A DNA stretch of 64,000 bases, from assembly GCA_047150005.1 (NCBI GenBank), contig AP038806.1:1184001-1248000 (forward strand). The letters are read 5' to 3'. This DNA is from Nitrospira sp. GTDB taxonomy: Bacteria; Nitrospirota; Nitrospiria; Nitrospirales; Nitrospiraceae. A model generated the notes under the pieces. That model was not told where the DNA came from, made no database searches, and saw only the letters and a list, made by a program, of their open reading frames with translations. The position numbers and the translations under genes are program-made. Of the stretch, positions 48,362 to 58,743 are shown in pieces (position 1 is the stretch's first letter; each line of letters opens with the position of its first letter).

Positions 48362-48859
48362 TCACTCCGGCGCGACCACAGTGACCAAGGTGATGCTCTT
48401 CGACATAAGGGAAGCACTTCCAATGTTGGAGTTAGTCATCCAATCCAGCCTCACGGTGACCGTGCTGCGCGTGAGCCCCAGCGGATCTAGCGCAGGCGGA
48501 GCCGGATTCAAGACGACCGTCCCTGCGATGTTGCTGAGACCTGAATTGAGCAGCAAGGTCCTCCATTGGACGCAATCACCATTGGCCATGACATTGACCG
48601 TGGAAGCCGGACAGGTTGTCGTGCCCAAACTCACATCGATATTGTGGTAAGCGGTTACGTTCCGACGATTGAACTGGATTCGCTCGACCATATCGGCGGC
48701 GAGATTGCTCACGCGAGTCATCTCATTTCCGCTTATGTTTCTCTTTAGCGACATGGCCTGCATTCCGGAAAGAGCAAGTAGTCCAACGGCCAAGATCAAG
48801 GCTGCAACCATGCTCTCGATGAGCGTGAATCCCGACTCAGTTTGACGCAGTGGACTCAT
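48362..48859 (-). CDS. pilV: PilV-like minor pilin
   Basis: ESG/FTLIESMVAALILAVGLLAL.GMQ, LAADMVERI. Confidence 0.88.
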   Translation of the reverse strand: MSPLRQTESGFTLIESMVAALILAVGLLALSGMQAMSLKRNISGNEMTRVSNLAADMVERIQFNRRNVTAYHNIDVSLGTTTCPASTVNVMANGDCVQWRTLLLNSGLSNIAGTVVLNPAPPALDPLGLTRSTVTVRLDWMTNSNIGSASLMSKSITLVTVVAPE

Positions 48860-48882
48860 GGTTGTGCCGAACTCCGATCCAG

Positions 48883-49350
48883 CTATGGGCATGAAGTTTT
48901 TGCACACCAACTCACCTTCCCGGACGGCAATACCGAGAGCGTATAAATAAGCCCCTTTTCATTCTGTAACTGGATAGTTTGTGGAGCGGCGGCTGTGCTT
49001 AATCCTATGGAAGAAAAGTTCACAATCGCTGCTCCGCCGGGAAGCGTCGTTACCCGCGGCATCAATGTGCGCGTGGGGAAAATCTGTTGGCCGCCCGAGA
49101 TACCGCTCACTTCGATAAGTGATCCCGATGACTGAATGGTAACGGTTGCCTGTCTGTTTCTGTTCATCGCAACCAACTTCGCCAGATTCAGATCCCCCGT
49201 GATTTCACTCATGGCCTGCTTCAACTGGTAACGAGCCAACCATTCATTGATGGCAGGAATCGCAATAATCGAGGCAATCCCGATGATGGCCACCACAATC
49301 ATCAGTTCGACCATTGTGAATCCGTCTTCTCGGCGGTTCTTATTGTCCAT
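48883..49350 (-). CDS. fimT: FimT/FimU-like minor pilin
   Basis: EDG/FTMVELMIVVAIIGI...AIP. Confidence 0.85.
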   Translation of the reverse strand: MDNKNRREDGFTMVELMIVVAIIGIASIIAIPAINEWLARYQLKQAMSEITGDLNLAKLVAMNRNRQATVTIQSSGSLIEVSGISGGQQIFPTRTLMPRVTTLPGGAAIVNFSSIGLSTAAAPQTIQLQNEKGLIYTLSVLPSGKVSWCAKTSCP

Positions 49351-49398
49351 ATGCGCACGAAATTTGTGTAAGTCCGTCGAAAGGTCCCCACGGGGTTG

Positions 49399-49414
49399 AG
49401 CAAGCACTATGCCA
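49399..49414 (-). promoter_or_regulatory. Sigma54 -24/-12 promoter of the fimT-pilVWX-pilY1 operon
   Basis: TGGCATAGTGCTTGCT on the minus strand: GG-N10-GC with TGGCA and TTGCT. Confidence 0.8.
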
Positions 49415-49439
49415 TTCGCTACGCGGAACCAAGCCCATT

Positions 49440-49452
49440 CAAGAGTTTGATT
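49440..49452 (-). promoter_or_regulatory. IHF binding site
   Basis: AATCAAACTCTTG matches WATCAANNNNTTR exactly, just upstream of the -24 box. Confidence 0.65.
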
Positions 49453-50059
49453 AATCAGCAGTTTTCTATCATGACAGTCTCAGATTCTCAGGTCGGGGCA
49501 GACAAATTTCGTCATGGAAGTTCTGATTTTGCGTCCATTTGAAACGCCACAAGTGGATGCCGATAGAATAGTGTCGATTACGCCGCAGACGAGCTGTCGG
49601 GCGAGTCGGGTCCGCGGATAGATTCTAAGATTGCAGTCGACAGCTGCAATTTCCCGCTAGCTTTGACTGTGTGGGAGGGTGAGCAGAACCGACGTCGCGG
49701 CCGCGTCCTCCGAAGAGCGGCTTGCTTGGATTGTCCTAGAAGCTGAATCTGGCATGCTGTAACCGGTAGTTCGCACTTACGAATCCTAGCCGCAAGCCGG
49801 GGGATGAGATATACGCTCACCAGCACCGAATCGAATTCCGGCTATTGCGAAAACTGGAACTCCCTCGCCAATCCCCCGATGACTGCACACAAGCTGCCGG
49901 AAGCCGCACAGAAACTTCCTAGATCTAACCGCTATCTGGAATTTGCTCGGCGCTTCAGGGAGGTTCCTGTGTGTTGCGCATGGCCCCCCAATTGGGCCCC
50001 ATGCCATGCGGACGATTATTAGGATGATCGGCTACGGAGAAGAAGGGAGGCGTGTAAAT

Positions 50060-51859
50060 CTATTTCATCGCAACGGCCCGCACCTGAGCATAGACAGTCA
50101 AGCCTCGAAGAACTTTAGTGATGCCATTCTGAAGCAAGGTTTCCATACCTCCCTGCGTGGCCACGGCGAGCATCTCGCTCGCCGGAGCTTTGGACTGAAT
50201 AAGCTTCTTCAATTGATCTGACACTACCAGGAACTCATGGATCGCCACTCGTCCTTTGAATCCCGTCCGATTGCACGCTTGGCAACCGCGACCCCGATGT
50301 AGGGTCGTACGATTCTGGTCATCGACATCAAGCTCAGCCAAGAACCGACCTCCATAACCCTGCATCAGCTCATCCCACTCTTGACGAGACGGCCGATAGG
50401 CTTCCCTGCATTCGCTGCAGATCTTCTTACAAAGCCGTTGTGCGAGAATACCAAGGATGGAGTCCGCGAAGTTAAATGAATCGCAACCGAGATCAAGAAG
50501 TCTAATGACGGTCTCCACAGCGCTATTGGTATGCAGAGTGCTCAATACCAGGTGTCCGGTTAAAGAAGCCTCGATCGCGATATCGGCGGTCTCTTTGTCG
50601 CGCATTTCTCCGATCATGATTACGTCCGGATCAGCCCGTAAGAATGCGCGCATGGCCGTCGAGAACGTCAGTCCAATCTTGTGATGGACTTGAACCTGTC
50701 TGAGCCCATCTTGTGTAATTTCAATCGGATCTTCCGCCGTCCAGATTTTCCGCTCATCGGTATTGATATGCCTAAGCAGGGCGTGTAGCGTGGTTGTCTT
50801 TCCTGATCCTGTAGGTCCCACACACAGTAGAAGACCGTGAGGCTTTTCGGAGAGACCTTTGATCGCCTCCAGCGTCGCGCCCGACAACTCTATCGCATTC
50901 AGGGACATCGGCTCTTTCGCAGTCAGCAGGCGGAGAACAACATCCTCGTCACCTCCTGCAGTAGGAAGCGTCGCGACCCGCAACTCGATATTCCGGCTTG
51001 TAGACAGCTTGAATGCGATCTTTCCATCCTGCGGCTTGCGTCGTTCAGCGATATCCAGATTGGCCATGATCTTCAGTCTCGATACGATGGCGCGACGATA
51101 CGCCGCCGGAATCTTCATGTGTGTAAAACACGACCCATCGACTCGATAGCGAACAGCGGTATCCTTTCGATCCGCATAGGGTTCAATATGGAGGTCCGAT
51201 GCGCCCAATCGATCCGCCTCCAGGATCATGTGATTCGCCAGCCGCACTATCGCCGAATCATTTTCGTCAACAGTGCTGGTGGGAGCCTCGAGCGGTTGAA
51301 CGACAGGAATGTCATGGACGAGCTCGCTCAGGATCTCTCCGAGCAGCGTGTTCTTTGCGGGTCTAGCGACGGCAGCCAAGAACTGCTCGACATCTCGCTT
51401 CAGCCCAACGCTGTAACGAATCGAGACACCCGAGAATGCTCTTCTGACATCCCAGTGTTTTTCAGGATCATTGGGATCGGTGGTGAGGACGTCTATGAGA
51501 GTGCCGTGTCGTGCAATCGGCAGCCATAAATGTCTCTTGAGATAGTCAATATTAAGCGTCTTGAACAGCTCGGCGTCGATGATCGTTCGTTCGTCATAGG
51601 GCAAGTAGGGACATTGGTAGAACTCGCTGAGCGCGGTGCCCACCGCTTCCTTCGACACTTGATACTTATCAAGCAGAATCCCTTCTAGATCTTCGCCTCC
51701 CTTGGCCTCCTCTATCGCAGCTTCTACATCTATCGGAGCAACGCACCCTCGAAGCACCAAAGCATCCAGCACATTCTGCTCGATCACGTACCGAGATCGA
51801 GACGCAAGCCTCGTTACTGGTTGGCGAGTGAGTTCCGAATGACCGTCGCCGTCTTCCAT
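50060..51859 (-). CDS. PilB/GspE-family pilus assembly ATPase
   Basis: ASDLHIEP, DIAERRKPQDG, GPTGSGKTT, EDPIE, DPDVIMIGEMRD, TGHLVLSTLH, CxxC..CxxC. Confidence 0.93.
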   Translation of the reverse strand: MEDGDGHSELTRQPVTRLASRSRYVIEQNVLDALVLRGCVAPIDVEAAIEEAKGGEDLEGILLDKYQVSKEAVGTALSEFYQCPYLPYDERTIIDAELFKTLNIDYLKRHLWLPIARHGTLIDVLTTDPNDPEKHWDVRRAFSGVSIRYSVGLKRDVEQFLAAVARPAKNTLLGEILSELVHDIPVVQPLEAPTSTVDENDSAIVRLANHMILEADRLGASDLHIEPYADRKDTAVRYRVDGSCFTHMKIPAAYRRAIVSRLKIMANLDIAERRKPQDGKIAFKLSTSRNIELRVATLPTAGGDEDVVLRLLTAKEPMSLNAIELSGATLEAIKGLSEKPHGLLLCVGPTGSGKTTTLHALLRHINTDERKIWTAEDPIEITQDGLRQVQVHHKIGLTFSTAMRAFLRADPDVIMIGEMRDKETADIAIEASLTGHLVLSTLHTNSAVETVIRLLDLGCDSFNFADSILGILAQRLCKKICSECREAYRPSRQEWDELMQGYGGRFLAELDVDDQNRTTLHRGRGCQACNRTGFKGRVAIHEFLVVSDQLKKLIQSKAPASEMLAVATQGGMETLLQNGITKVLRGLTVYAQVRAVAMK

Positions 51860-51917
51860 TCATCGCCCTGATGCCCCAGACCAGGTTCGCTCGCCAGGAC
51901 TTCGATCTCAGCTGTAT

Positions 51918-53396
51918 TCACAAGACTCGCCAGCTCCCAGGAGCCTTGTATACGACGGGCAAACCACGAAAGAGCCCCTGCGCCAAGTCGGCGTCATACC
52001 AGATCTCGAGATTTGCTCCTCGGTTTGTACTCACGACGGTCTCTCCGGCCTTTGCTGCACCGAAAAGTTTCACTGAATGCTCCACAGTAATTGTCCCACC
52101 TACCCATAGAAGACCGCGGAAATGGACGCCTGAGAGTTGAACCGGTATTCTCATTCCCAGGGCCCTTGTTCCGTTCTGGCCAGGGCTCAGAACTGGAAAT
52201 GATCGGCCTGGACCTTGCGACCTTAGGACTACATGACCGTGCACGATCAGCACGGACTCAAGATAGTCCGCATCCAACACCAGCGTCCCCATATTATCTG
52301 GGCTTGGCGGCTCGCCATCCATAGTATCGATGAATACTAGGCCGCGATGATCGCCGACTGTCTGAGAGGCAAGCAATTCGGAAGGGGAGGAACCTCGCTC
52401 CCCTTCTGATGCATCCTGATGATGAAGCAACCCTTGTCCATCGAGTCGATAGTAGACTCCGTAGCGTAGGGCCGTCCGATTCATTGACTCATAGTCCCAC
52501 TGGTCCAATCGGACGCCAGGCAACGGGGACTGTTGAAGGTGAACGTTCTGCGGCGGAACCGGATGCACACTCTGGCCAGGCGGCGGGATAATCACTGTCA
52601 ACTCACCACCGATCCAGTATTCAACCCAACGATCGACGGCCTGCTTGAGTAGGTCATAGGGCTGCTCCGTCACCGGAGCATCGCCGGTCTTCACCGCGAT
52701 GTCTTCTAGTCTTCTCACGACCAGGTTACCTGCGACACGTTGATCTCCCCAATGAACCCGTACTGGGGATTCCCCGTCTGTCTGAGCGGTACCGAGTCCC
52801 CCTCCAACTTGTATCGCCGCCCGTATGGCAGGAATAGTCAGAGCACCAAGCTGAACCTGAACTGTTCTTGTCAACGACCTTGCCCCGTTGGTTGAAGCTG
52901 TTATCTCCATCGTAGCCAGCAATCCGGGGCGAAGAGGACCATATAACTTGAATCGTGTGAGACGCCCTATGTCCCGCAGAACTCCCGCGAATCCGCTTGG
53001 CGGCCCGTTCAGGATGTTATTGTCTGCAGCGTTGCCTGCATCGAACAGGATATCTGGATGATCCGCCGTTCCGGCAAATTGTGAACGGAGTGCGGCATCG
53101 AAGAAGGAAGGACCAGTCGTCGGATCCCCCTGTCGTCTGGCCAACAATTCTCTCACGGCCGCCGGCGTGGTGCTCGGATCATGGAACCAGCTCATAACCA
53201 AGTCCGTCGCTGAGTCAGCGAGTTGTTCTGCGATTGTTTCCTCCTTCATGGCCGAGATTCCTGGTCTGTCTTGACCGGCCAGATAGAGCGATGACATCCC
53301 AAACATGGAGAGAATCAGGATGAGCATGAGCGTGGCCAAGAGCACATGACCACCTTCCCGCTCCGACTTCATTATCATTTGATGGCACATGACCAC
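51918..53396 (-). CDS. Large PilX-like pilin-related protein
   Basis: EREGG/HVLLATLMLILILSMFG type III signal without Glu5; C-terminal GSW; position in cluster. Confidence 0.65.
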   Translation of the reverse strand: MVMCHQMIMKSEREGGHVLLATLMLILILSMFGMSSLYLAGQDRPGISAMKEETIAEQLADSATDLVMSWFHDPSTTPAAVRELLARRQGDPTTGPSFFDAALRSQFAGTADHPDILFDAGNAADNNILNGPPSGFAGVLRDIGRLTRFKLYGPLRPGLLATMEITASTNGARSLTRTVQVQLGALTIPAIRAAIQVGGGLGTAQTDGESPVRVHWGDQRVAGNLVVRRLEDIAVKTGDAPVTEQPYDLLKQAVDRWVEYWIGGELTVIIPPPGQSVHPVPPQNVHLQQSPLPGVRLDQWDYESMNRTALRYGVYYRLDGQGLLHHQDASEGERGSSPSELLASQTVGDHRGLVFIDTMDGEPPSPDNMGTLVLDADYLESVLIVHGHVVLRSQGPGRSFPVLSPGQNGTRALGMRIPVQLSGVHFRGLLWVGGTITVEHSVKLFGAAKAGETVVSTNRGANLEIWYDADLAQGLFRGLPVVYKAPGSWRVL

Positions 53397-53420
53397 CTCC
53401 CCGGTCCGCCACAGCTCGAG

Positions 53421-54194
53421 TCATGATTTCAAACTGATTTCCCGAATAGTTTTAGTCCCCTGCCCCCGCAGAGTTACTTCAACGACGACTCGCTTGAGAT
53501 GCCGAGGCTGACTCACCGTCCGTCCATCTTCGCCCCAATATGAGAACTTGGCCGCTTGAAGGTCTCCGACCAGAACGCTGGCTCCTCCATCGACCATCCG
53601 TAACAGTCTCTTGTTGCCCAGGTCGTCCTGCTTGCTATAGTAACGAACACGGTTGCGGACCGATATGGAGGCTCCCGTCGGAATCGCGGTTACTACCGGC
53701 TGCGTGATTGTTAGCAGTGTTCGTTGTCCATCCCGTGCAAGCGTCATCACTTCGTTCTGATTATTCCAACTGATGACGATCGTCTTTCGTTCTGGCCATC
53801 CCCTGCCGTCATCGACCCGTATCGAGGTTTGGCCCGAGGCGACGGGGCCACTAACTGTGGTGACCAAACCGTTGACATTCGCTCCGAACTCGAGCTCCTC
53901 CTGTCCCATGATCGACACGGATTCAGCCTCAGCCTGGTGAATTTCTTGCTCCAGCACCTCAAGACCGAGGCGCAGGTCTTGTTGCCGTGCGATGGAAGAC
54001 TGTTGGAAGGAGAATTGCCGATGAAAGAAGGACAACGTCTGCCAGGCAGCTGACAAGATGATGAGACCAGCCGCAGTGGCGATCAGCAGCTCCAGGAGAG
54101 TCGTCCCGCACTCACTCTGTTCAGAACGAAGGACGCGGCTGCGAGAATACATCGGCAACATGATTGGCCTACGGAAAAGGCTACTCGCCAACAT
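53421..54194 (-). CDS. PilW-like prepilin
   Basis: ECG/TTLLELLIA, QQDLRLGLEVLEQEI. Confidence 0.75.
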   Translation of the reverse strand: MLASSLFRRPIMLPMYSRSRVLRSEQSECGTTLLELLIATAAGLIILSAAWQTLSFFHRQFSFQQSSIARQQDLRLGLEVLEQEIHQAEAESVSIMGQEELEFGANVNGLVTTVSGPVASGQTSIRVDDGRGWPERKTIVISWNNQNEVMTLARDGQRTLLTITQPVVTAIPTGASISVRNRVRYYSKQDDLGNKRLLRMVDGGASVLVGDLQAAKFSYWGEDGRTVSQPRHLKRVVVEVTLRGQGTKTIREISLKS

Positions 54195-54669
54195 AGGCAG
54201 GATTTGCTCTGACCGCGACCAGCTTTACTTCTCGCTGCCCTTGGTCGGTCTCATATGAGGCTCGGCTTTCGATGACTACATACCCTGCTCCCGACAGGTG
54301 CCCTGTTCGACTCGGTGTCACCGTCCATGTAAGGGATACACCATCCCTCTGAGCAGTCGCTGAGTAGACTCCATCTCCTCCGACCAGGTCTCCATCTTGG
54401 CCATCATCGCGCATGAGGCTCTCCGGAATGCCATCATAATCGAGATCGTCCATGAGGAGCCGCTCCCATCGAACGGATCGCTTCGCTTCAATACGCGATT
54501 GAGCCATCGCCAACGCTCGGCTGGACAATGTTCCCAACGTGATAATTCTCTCGGCCATGTGGAAGGCTCCTATGGCTCCCATGAGCACCAACGGCAAGAT
54601 TGCCATCGCGACCAAGACTTCCGCGAAGCTGACTCCGATACAATCGGTCATAATCGGACGCTGCGTCAT
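54181..54669 (-). CDS. PilV-like prepilin with an acidic DDG..GD...DGVYS loop
   Basis: IG/VSFAEVLVAMAIL; MRDDGQDGDLVGGDGVYSA. Confidence 0.72.
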   Translation of the reverse strand: MTQRPIMTDCIGVSFAEVLVAMAILPLVLMGAIGAFHMAERIITLGTLSSRALAMAQSRIEAKRSVRWERLLMDDLDYDGIPESLMRDDGQDGDLVGGDGVYSATAQRDGVSLTWTVTPSRTGHLSGAGYVVIESRASYETDQGQREVKLVAVRANPAYVGE

Positions 54670-55127
54670 GAGAGGGAGACGCGTCCAGTGATGCTCACGG
54701 TCAATGTGATTTTTCTCCCCACGCTGTCGAATATGGCAATGGTCGTTGCCGTAGCCGAGCGCCCGCTCGGGTAAAATAGTACGTTCGGTCCGGCGCTCGG
54801 CATCTCGAGTACGACCCCCTTGTCGGCGTAGTGATATTCGTCGAGCACATCTCCGGAATCCACTCGCATGAATGTGAGAGAGCCGCGCGATTGGTCGAAC
54901 TGAACAAGTAATCGTTCGCGTCTGGCCATTGCCAGTTGCCTGGTCAGACGAAGCTCTGATGCAATCTCAGCGGCAACGGATCGTGCTTGTGCTCTTGCAA
55001 TCGCCGCCTTGTAGCTCGGTCCCGCCAGTGCCGCCATTACGGCCAGAATCACCAAGACCGTCAACATTTCGGTCAGACTTGCCCCGCGCTCTTGTGCATT
55101 GGGTCTCAAGAAGTATGCAGGTGACAT
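54666..55127 (-). CDS. FimT/GspH-like prepilin
   Basis: ERG/ASLTEMLTVLVILAVMAALAGP, FYPSG, ITGRV. Confidence 0.8.
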   Translation of the reverse strand: MSPAYFLRPNAQERGASLTEMLTVLVILAVMAALAGPSYKAAIARAQARSVAAEIASELRLTRQLAMARRERLLVQFDQSRGSLTFMRVDSGDVLDEYHYADKGVVLEMPSAGPNVLFYPSGRSATATTIAIFDSVGRKITLTVSITGRVSLS

Positions 55128-55341
55128 GATCTCGTCAGTTCCGATAGGAAATCGGAATCTCCAAGACTCGTGCCGTCCTCGCACAGGCTGGTCGCTGCGA
55201 CTTTGTCCACAGGAAGTGGCCAGAAAGCGCTATAACTTCTTGACGCGCAGGGTCGTTTTGAGGATCGGGGAACTGAGGATGTCTGTAATCTGATCGGATA
55301 CAACGGACTTCCGGTTCAGATACAGAACGCGCGGTGAAGAG

Positions 55342-56118
55342 TCAGGACGGACTCAGCAGACCCTGATACCAATCAAGAATGGGTTGAGCAAAAAACATCG
55401 ATACGAGGGCCCCAAAGGCAAGAAACGGTCCGAACGGAATGTACTCATCCCGCTTGATCACCTGAAGGCCGATTAAGGAGACACCGATCAGGGACCCTGT
55501 CAAGGAACCGACCATGATCGTCAAAAGAGCCGGCTTCCATCCGAGAAAGGCACCTATCATGGCCAATAACTTAATATCCCCCCCACCCATGCCTTCCTTG
55601 CCGAAGACGTATGGACTAATCCACGCCAGTGCCCAAAGGATGCCCCCCCCTACAAGAATCCCCAAAAGGGCGTTTACCCATCCCACCGGCAGAACGGTAA
55701 CAGCTCCTAAGAAGCCAACGAAGAGGCCCGGCAATGTGATGGCATCCGGAATGATTTGGTGTGAGAGGTCGGTGCCGACCACCACGAGCAAGGCGGAGAG
55801 CAACAGACCGTAGAGAACGGCGGGCCATCCAGGACCGAAAAACCACAGAATACCTATGTACCCCGCCGCGTTGGCAACTTCCACAGCCGGATACTGCAAA
55901 GGAATCCTCACACGACAGGCTCGGCACCGTCCTCTCAACCAGAGATAACTGAACACAGGAATATTGTCGTAGAATTGAAGCGGATTTCCGCAAGCCGGAC
56001 AATGCGACCCGGGCCAAACGACGGATTCACCACGAGGCAGCCGAAAAATGCACACGTTTAGGAAGCTCCCCACCAGGCAGCCCAGCACAGCCACAACGAT
56101 ATAAAGATAGACATGCAT
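55342..56118 (-). CDS. pilD: Prepilin peptidase/N-methyltransferase
   Basis: GSFLNVCI.RLP, SHCPAC..CRAC, GMGGGDIKL, IPFGPFL. Confidence 0.96.
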   Translation of the reverse strand: MHVYLYIVVAVLGCLVGSFLNVCIFRLPRGESVVWPGSHCPACGNPLQFYDNIPVFSYLWLRGRCRACRVRIPLQYPAVEVANAAGYIGILWFFGPGWPAVLYGLLLSALLVVVGTDLSHQIIPDAITLPGLFVGFLGAVTVLPVGWVNALLGILVGGGILWALAWISPYVFGKEGMGGGDIKLLAMIGAFLGWKPALLTIMVGSLTGSLIGVSLIGLQVIKRDEYIPFGPFLAFGALVSMFFAQPILDWYQGLLSPS

Positions 56119-56302
56119 GGACCGCCTCCTAGACCCCACCGACTGAGGTACGTATTCTCACTAGGGCCATAGAGCTTCGATTTACAGGGACCAAACCGAC
56201 CTCCTATAATTTCACTATGGGCACTAGGGTTTGTTCTCCGGTGTTTTCACGTGCAGTAAAATTATAACGGAATTTCCTTTCATTCAAAGGAGAACGGCAA
56301 AC

Positions 56303-56578
56303 ATGACACGAGTGATCAAGGCTAAACCTAGATCGCCCCTCGTCGACTTGACTCCACCGCCACGGAAAAAGCGCCCGGAATCCTTGACGAGTCGGGAACA
56401 AGAAATCCTCGAATTGATCTGGGCCGGATTCAAGAACAAGGAAATCGGTCAGCGGCTCAAGATCAGCGTCAAGACTGTCGAGGCACATCGTGCCAATATG
56501 ATGAAAAAGCTCCGCGTTTCCAATACGGCACAATTGTTGAAAACCTCGATCCAAGGCGGAATGATCAGGCTTCGGTAG
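56303..56578 (+). CDS. Stand-alone LuxR-type HTH regulator
   Basis: LTSREQEILELI..G.KNKEIG.RL.ISVKTVEAHRANMMKKL; AAGGAG upstream. Confidence 0.9.
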   Translation: MTRVIKAKPRSPLVDLTPPPRKKRPESLTSREQEILELIWAGFKNKEIGQRLKISVKTVEAHRANMMKKLRVSNTAQLLKTSIQGGMIRLR

Positions 56579-57350
56579 GACCGGACATGTGCTTTCGGCT
56601 TCGCTGCCGCACGGCTTCGAACAGCACAACCGATACTGCGGCAGAGACATTCAACGATTCAACCTTCCCCATCATCGGGATACGCAGCAGCTCGTCGCAC
56701 TCCTTCCGTACACCCGGCCGAATACCCTCGCCTTCGCCGCCCACGACGATCGCAAGCGGACCGGTCAAATCGGTTTGCGTATAGATCTTCGTCGCTGAGG
56801 GTTCCACCCCATACACCCAAATTCCTGCTCTCTTCAGACCTTCCATGAGTCTGGTGAGATTCGTGACCCGTGAAACCATCATATGATCAATCGCCCCCGC
56901 GGAAACTTTTGCAACGACAGACGTCAGGCCTACCGCCCGCCGTTCCGGTATGCATATACCGTGAACGCCCGCTGCCTCAGCGGTGCGCAGCACCGCACCG
57001 AGGTTGTGGGGATCTTCGACTCCATCAAGAAGGAGAAGGAATGGAGGCTCTTTGCGCAAGTGAGCCGATTCGAGAATCTCATCAAGGCTGCTGTAAGATT
57101 TGGCTGCGACGAACGCGATGACCCCTTGATGCTTTCCACCAGGAACGAGACGATCGAACGCGGCAGACGGCCCAAGCTGCACAGGAACACGGTGCTCTTT
57201 GGCCCGCTGGACCAAGTCGCCGAACTGGCGATCCACTCTCAGAACCAGAAGGCGCTGTATGGGTCGGATACCGGCTCTGAGAGCCTCTCGAACCGCGTGC
57301 AATCCGTAGAGAATCTCCGACGGCTCATCGCTTCCATCGGCTGGTGCCAT
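56565..57350 (-). CDS. rlmB: 23S rRNA Gm2251 methyltransferase (SPOUT)
   Basis: YGLHAV, HQGV, DPHNLGAVLR, GGEGEG, IPM.G.VESLNVS. Confidence 0.93.
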   Translation of the reverse strand: MAPADGSDEPSEILYGLHAVREALRAGIRPIQRLLVLRVDRQFGDLVQRAKEHRVPVQLGPSAAFDRLVPGGKHQGVIAFVAAKSYSSLDEILESAHLRKEPPFLLLLDGVEDPHNLGAVLRTAEAAGVHGICIPERRAVGLTSVVAKVSAGAIDHMMVSRVTNLTRLMEGLKRAGIWVYGVEPSATKIYTQTDLTGPLAIVVGGEGEGIRPGVRKECDELLRIPMMGKVESLNVSAAVSVVLFEAVRQRSRKHMSGPTEA

Positions 57351-58737
57351 CTGGTTTGTCCTCGATGGTAATACCCTGAGCTGCAAGCTCGCGTCTAATG
57401 GCATCGGCGAGCTTAAAGTCTTTCCTTTTCTTGGCTTCAATCCGTTCCACAATCCTCGCTTCAACGTCTGCGTTGGTCAACCCGACTTTCTCGGGCTGAT
57501 TGAATTGCCACTGATCCAGTTGAAACAGCCCTAACACTTTTCCCAGCGTGCGAAACGTTTCCCGTGCCTCTCTTTTCTTGCCTCCTGGCAAGCCTTTCAA
57601 TAGTTGTCTATTCAGTTCACCCCGCAGTTCCTGCAGCGCAGCCAAGGCCTGCGGGGTATTGAGATCGTCGTTCATCGCCCTTTCGAACCCCGCTTGGTAA
57701 AAACCAATTGCAAAGTCCAACTCCTCATCCTGTCCTGTCTCAGTCAACCGCAGGAACAGGTCATAAAATCCATCCAGCGCTCTCTTAGATTCCAGCAACG
57801 CCTGATCGGAAAAATCGAGCGGCCTACGATAGTGAGTTGAGAGCAGGAAGTATCGAATAATCTCTCCCGTCACTTCCTCGGACCATTGCGACTTTTCAAA
57901 AATCTCTCTGATCGTAAAGAAGTTGCCCGAGGACTTCGACATCTTCTCGTGATTGATCTGGACGAACCCGTTGTGAATCCAATAACGTGCGAATTCTTTT
58001 CCCGTTGCACCGCTAGATTGAGCAATTTCGTTCTCGTGGTGCGGGAAAATGAGGTCCATGCCCCCGCCGTGAATGTCGAACGTCTCCCCCAAATACTTGA
58101 TTGACATGGCCGAACATTCAATGTGCCAGCCTGGTCGGCCCATACCCCAAGGACTCGGCCACGATGGCTCGCCGGGCTTGCTGCTCTTCCACAAGGCAAA
58201 ATCCATCGGATGGCGCTTGCGCTCATCCACTTCGACACGCGCGCCGGCTTGGAGACCTTCGAGTTTGCGTTTGGACAATCGTCCGTACGCAGGGTACTTA
58301 TTGACCTGGAAGTACACGTCGCCGCCAACGTGGTAGGCCAGATCATTCTTGATCAGCCTTTCCGTCATCGCAACGATGTCGGCGATGTGCTCTGTAGCCC
58401 GCGGCTCTTTCGTTGCTCGTGCAATCCCCACTTTGTCCATATCCTGGTAGTAGGCCTCGATGAATTGCGTTGTGATGGCCTCGTACGGCACACTTCTCTC
58501 ACGGGCCCGGTTGATGATCTTGTCGTCGACATCGGTGAAGTTCTTCACGAACTCAACCGCATACCCGACATGCTCCAGATACCGCCGAAGCACATCGAAC
58601 ACCAGCGCGCTGCGCCCGTGACCGATGTGACAATAGTCGTAGACCGTGACCCCACAGACGTACATCCGAACCCTGTTGGGTTCCAAGGACTTGAAGGGTT
58701 CCTGCCTCCCGGTGAGGGTGTTAAACAATGTCAGCAT
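57325..58737 (-). CDS. cysS: Cysteinyl-tRNA synthetase
   Basis: YVCG.TVYD..HIGH, GRPGWHIECS, FPHHENE, KMSKS. Confidence 0.98.
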   Translation of the reverse strand: MLTLFNTLTGRQEPFKSLEPNRVRMYVCGVTVYDYCHIGHGRSALVFDVLRRYLEHVGYAVEFVKNFTDVDDKIINRARERSVPYEAITTQFIEAYYQDMDKVGIARATKEPRATEHIADIVAMTERLIKNDLAYHVGGDVYFQVNKYPAYGRLSKRKLEGLQAGARVEVDERKRHPMDFALWKSSKPGEPSWPSPWGMGRPGWHIECSAMSIKYLGETFDIHGGGMDLIFPHHENEIAQSSGATGKEFARYWIHNGFVQINHEKMSKSSGNFFTIREIFEKSQWSEEVTGEIIRYFLLSTHYRRPLDFSDQALLESKRALDGFYDLFLRLTETGQDEELDFAIGFYQAGFERAMNDDLNTPQALAALQELRGELNRQLLKGLPGGKKREARETFRTLGKVLGLFQLDQWQFNQPEKVGLTNADVEARIVERIEAKKRKDFKLADAIRRELAAQGITIEDKPDGTSRWKR

Positions 58738-58743
58738 GTCGCA

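Noticed and set aside
49520..50050. Short ORFs between pilB and the sigma54 promoter
   Set aside because: No recognisable motifs or consistent coding signal; treated as intergenic.
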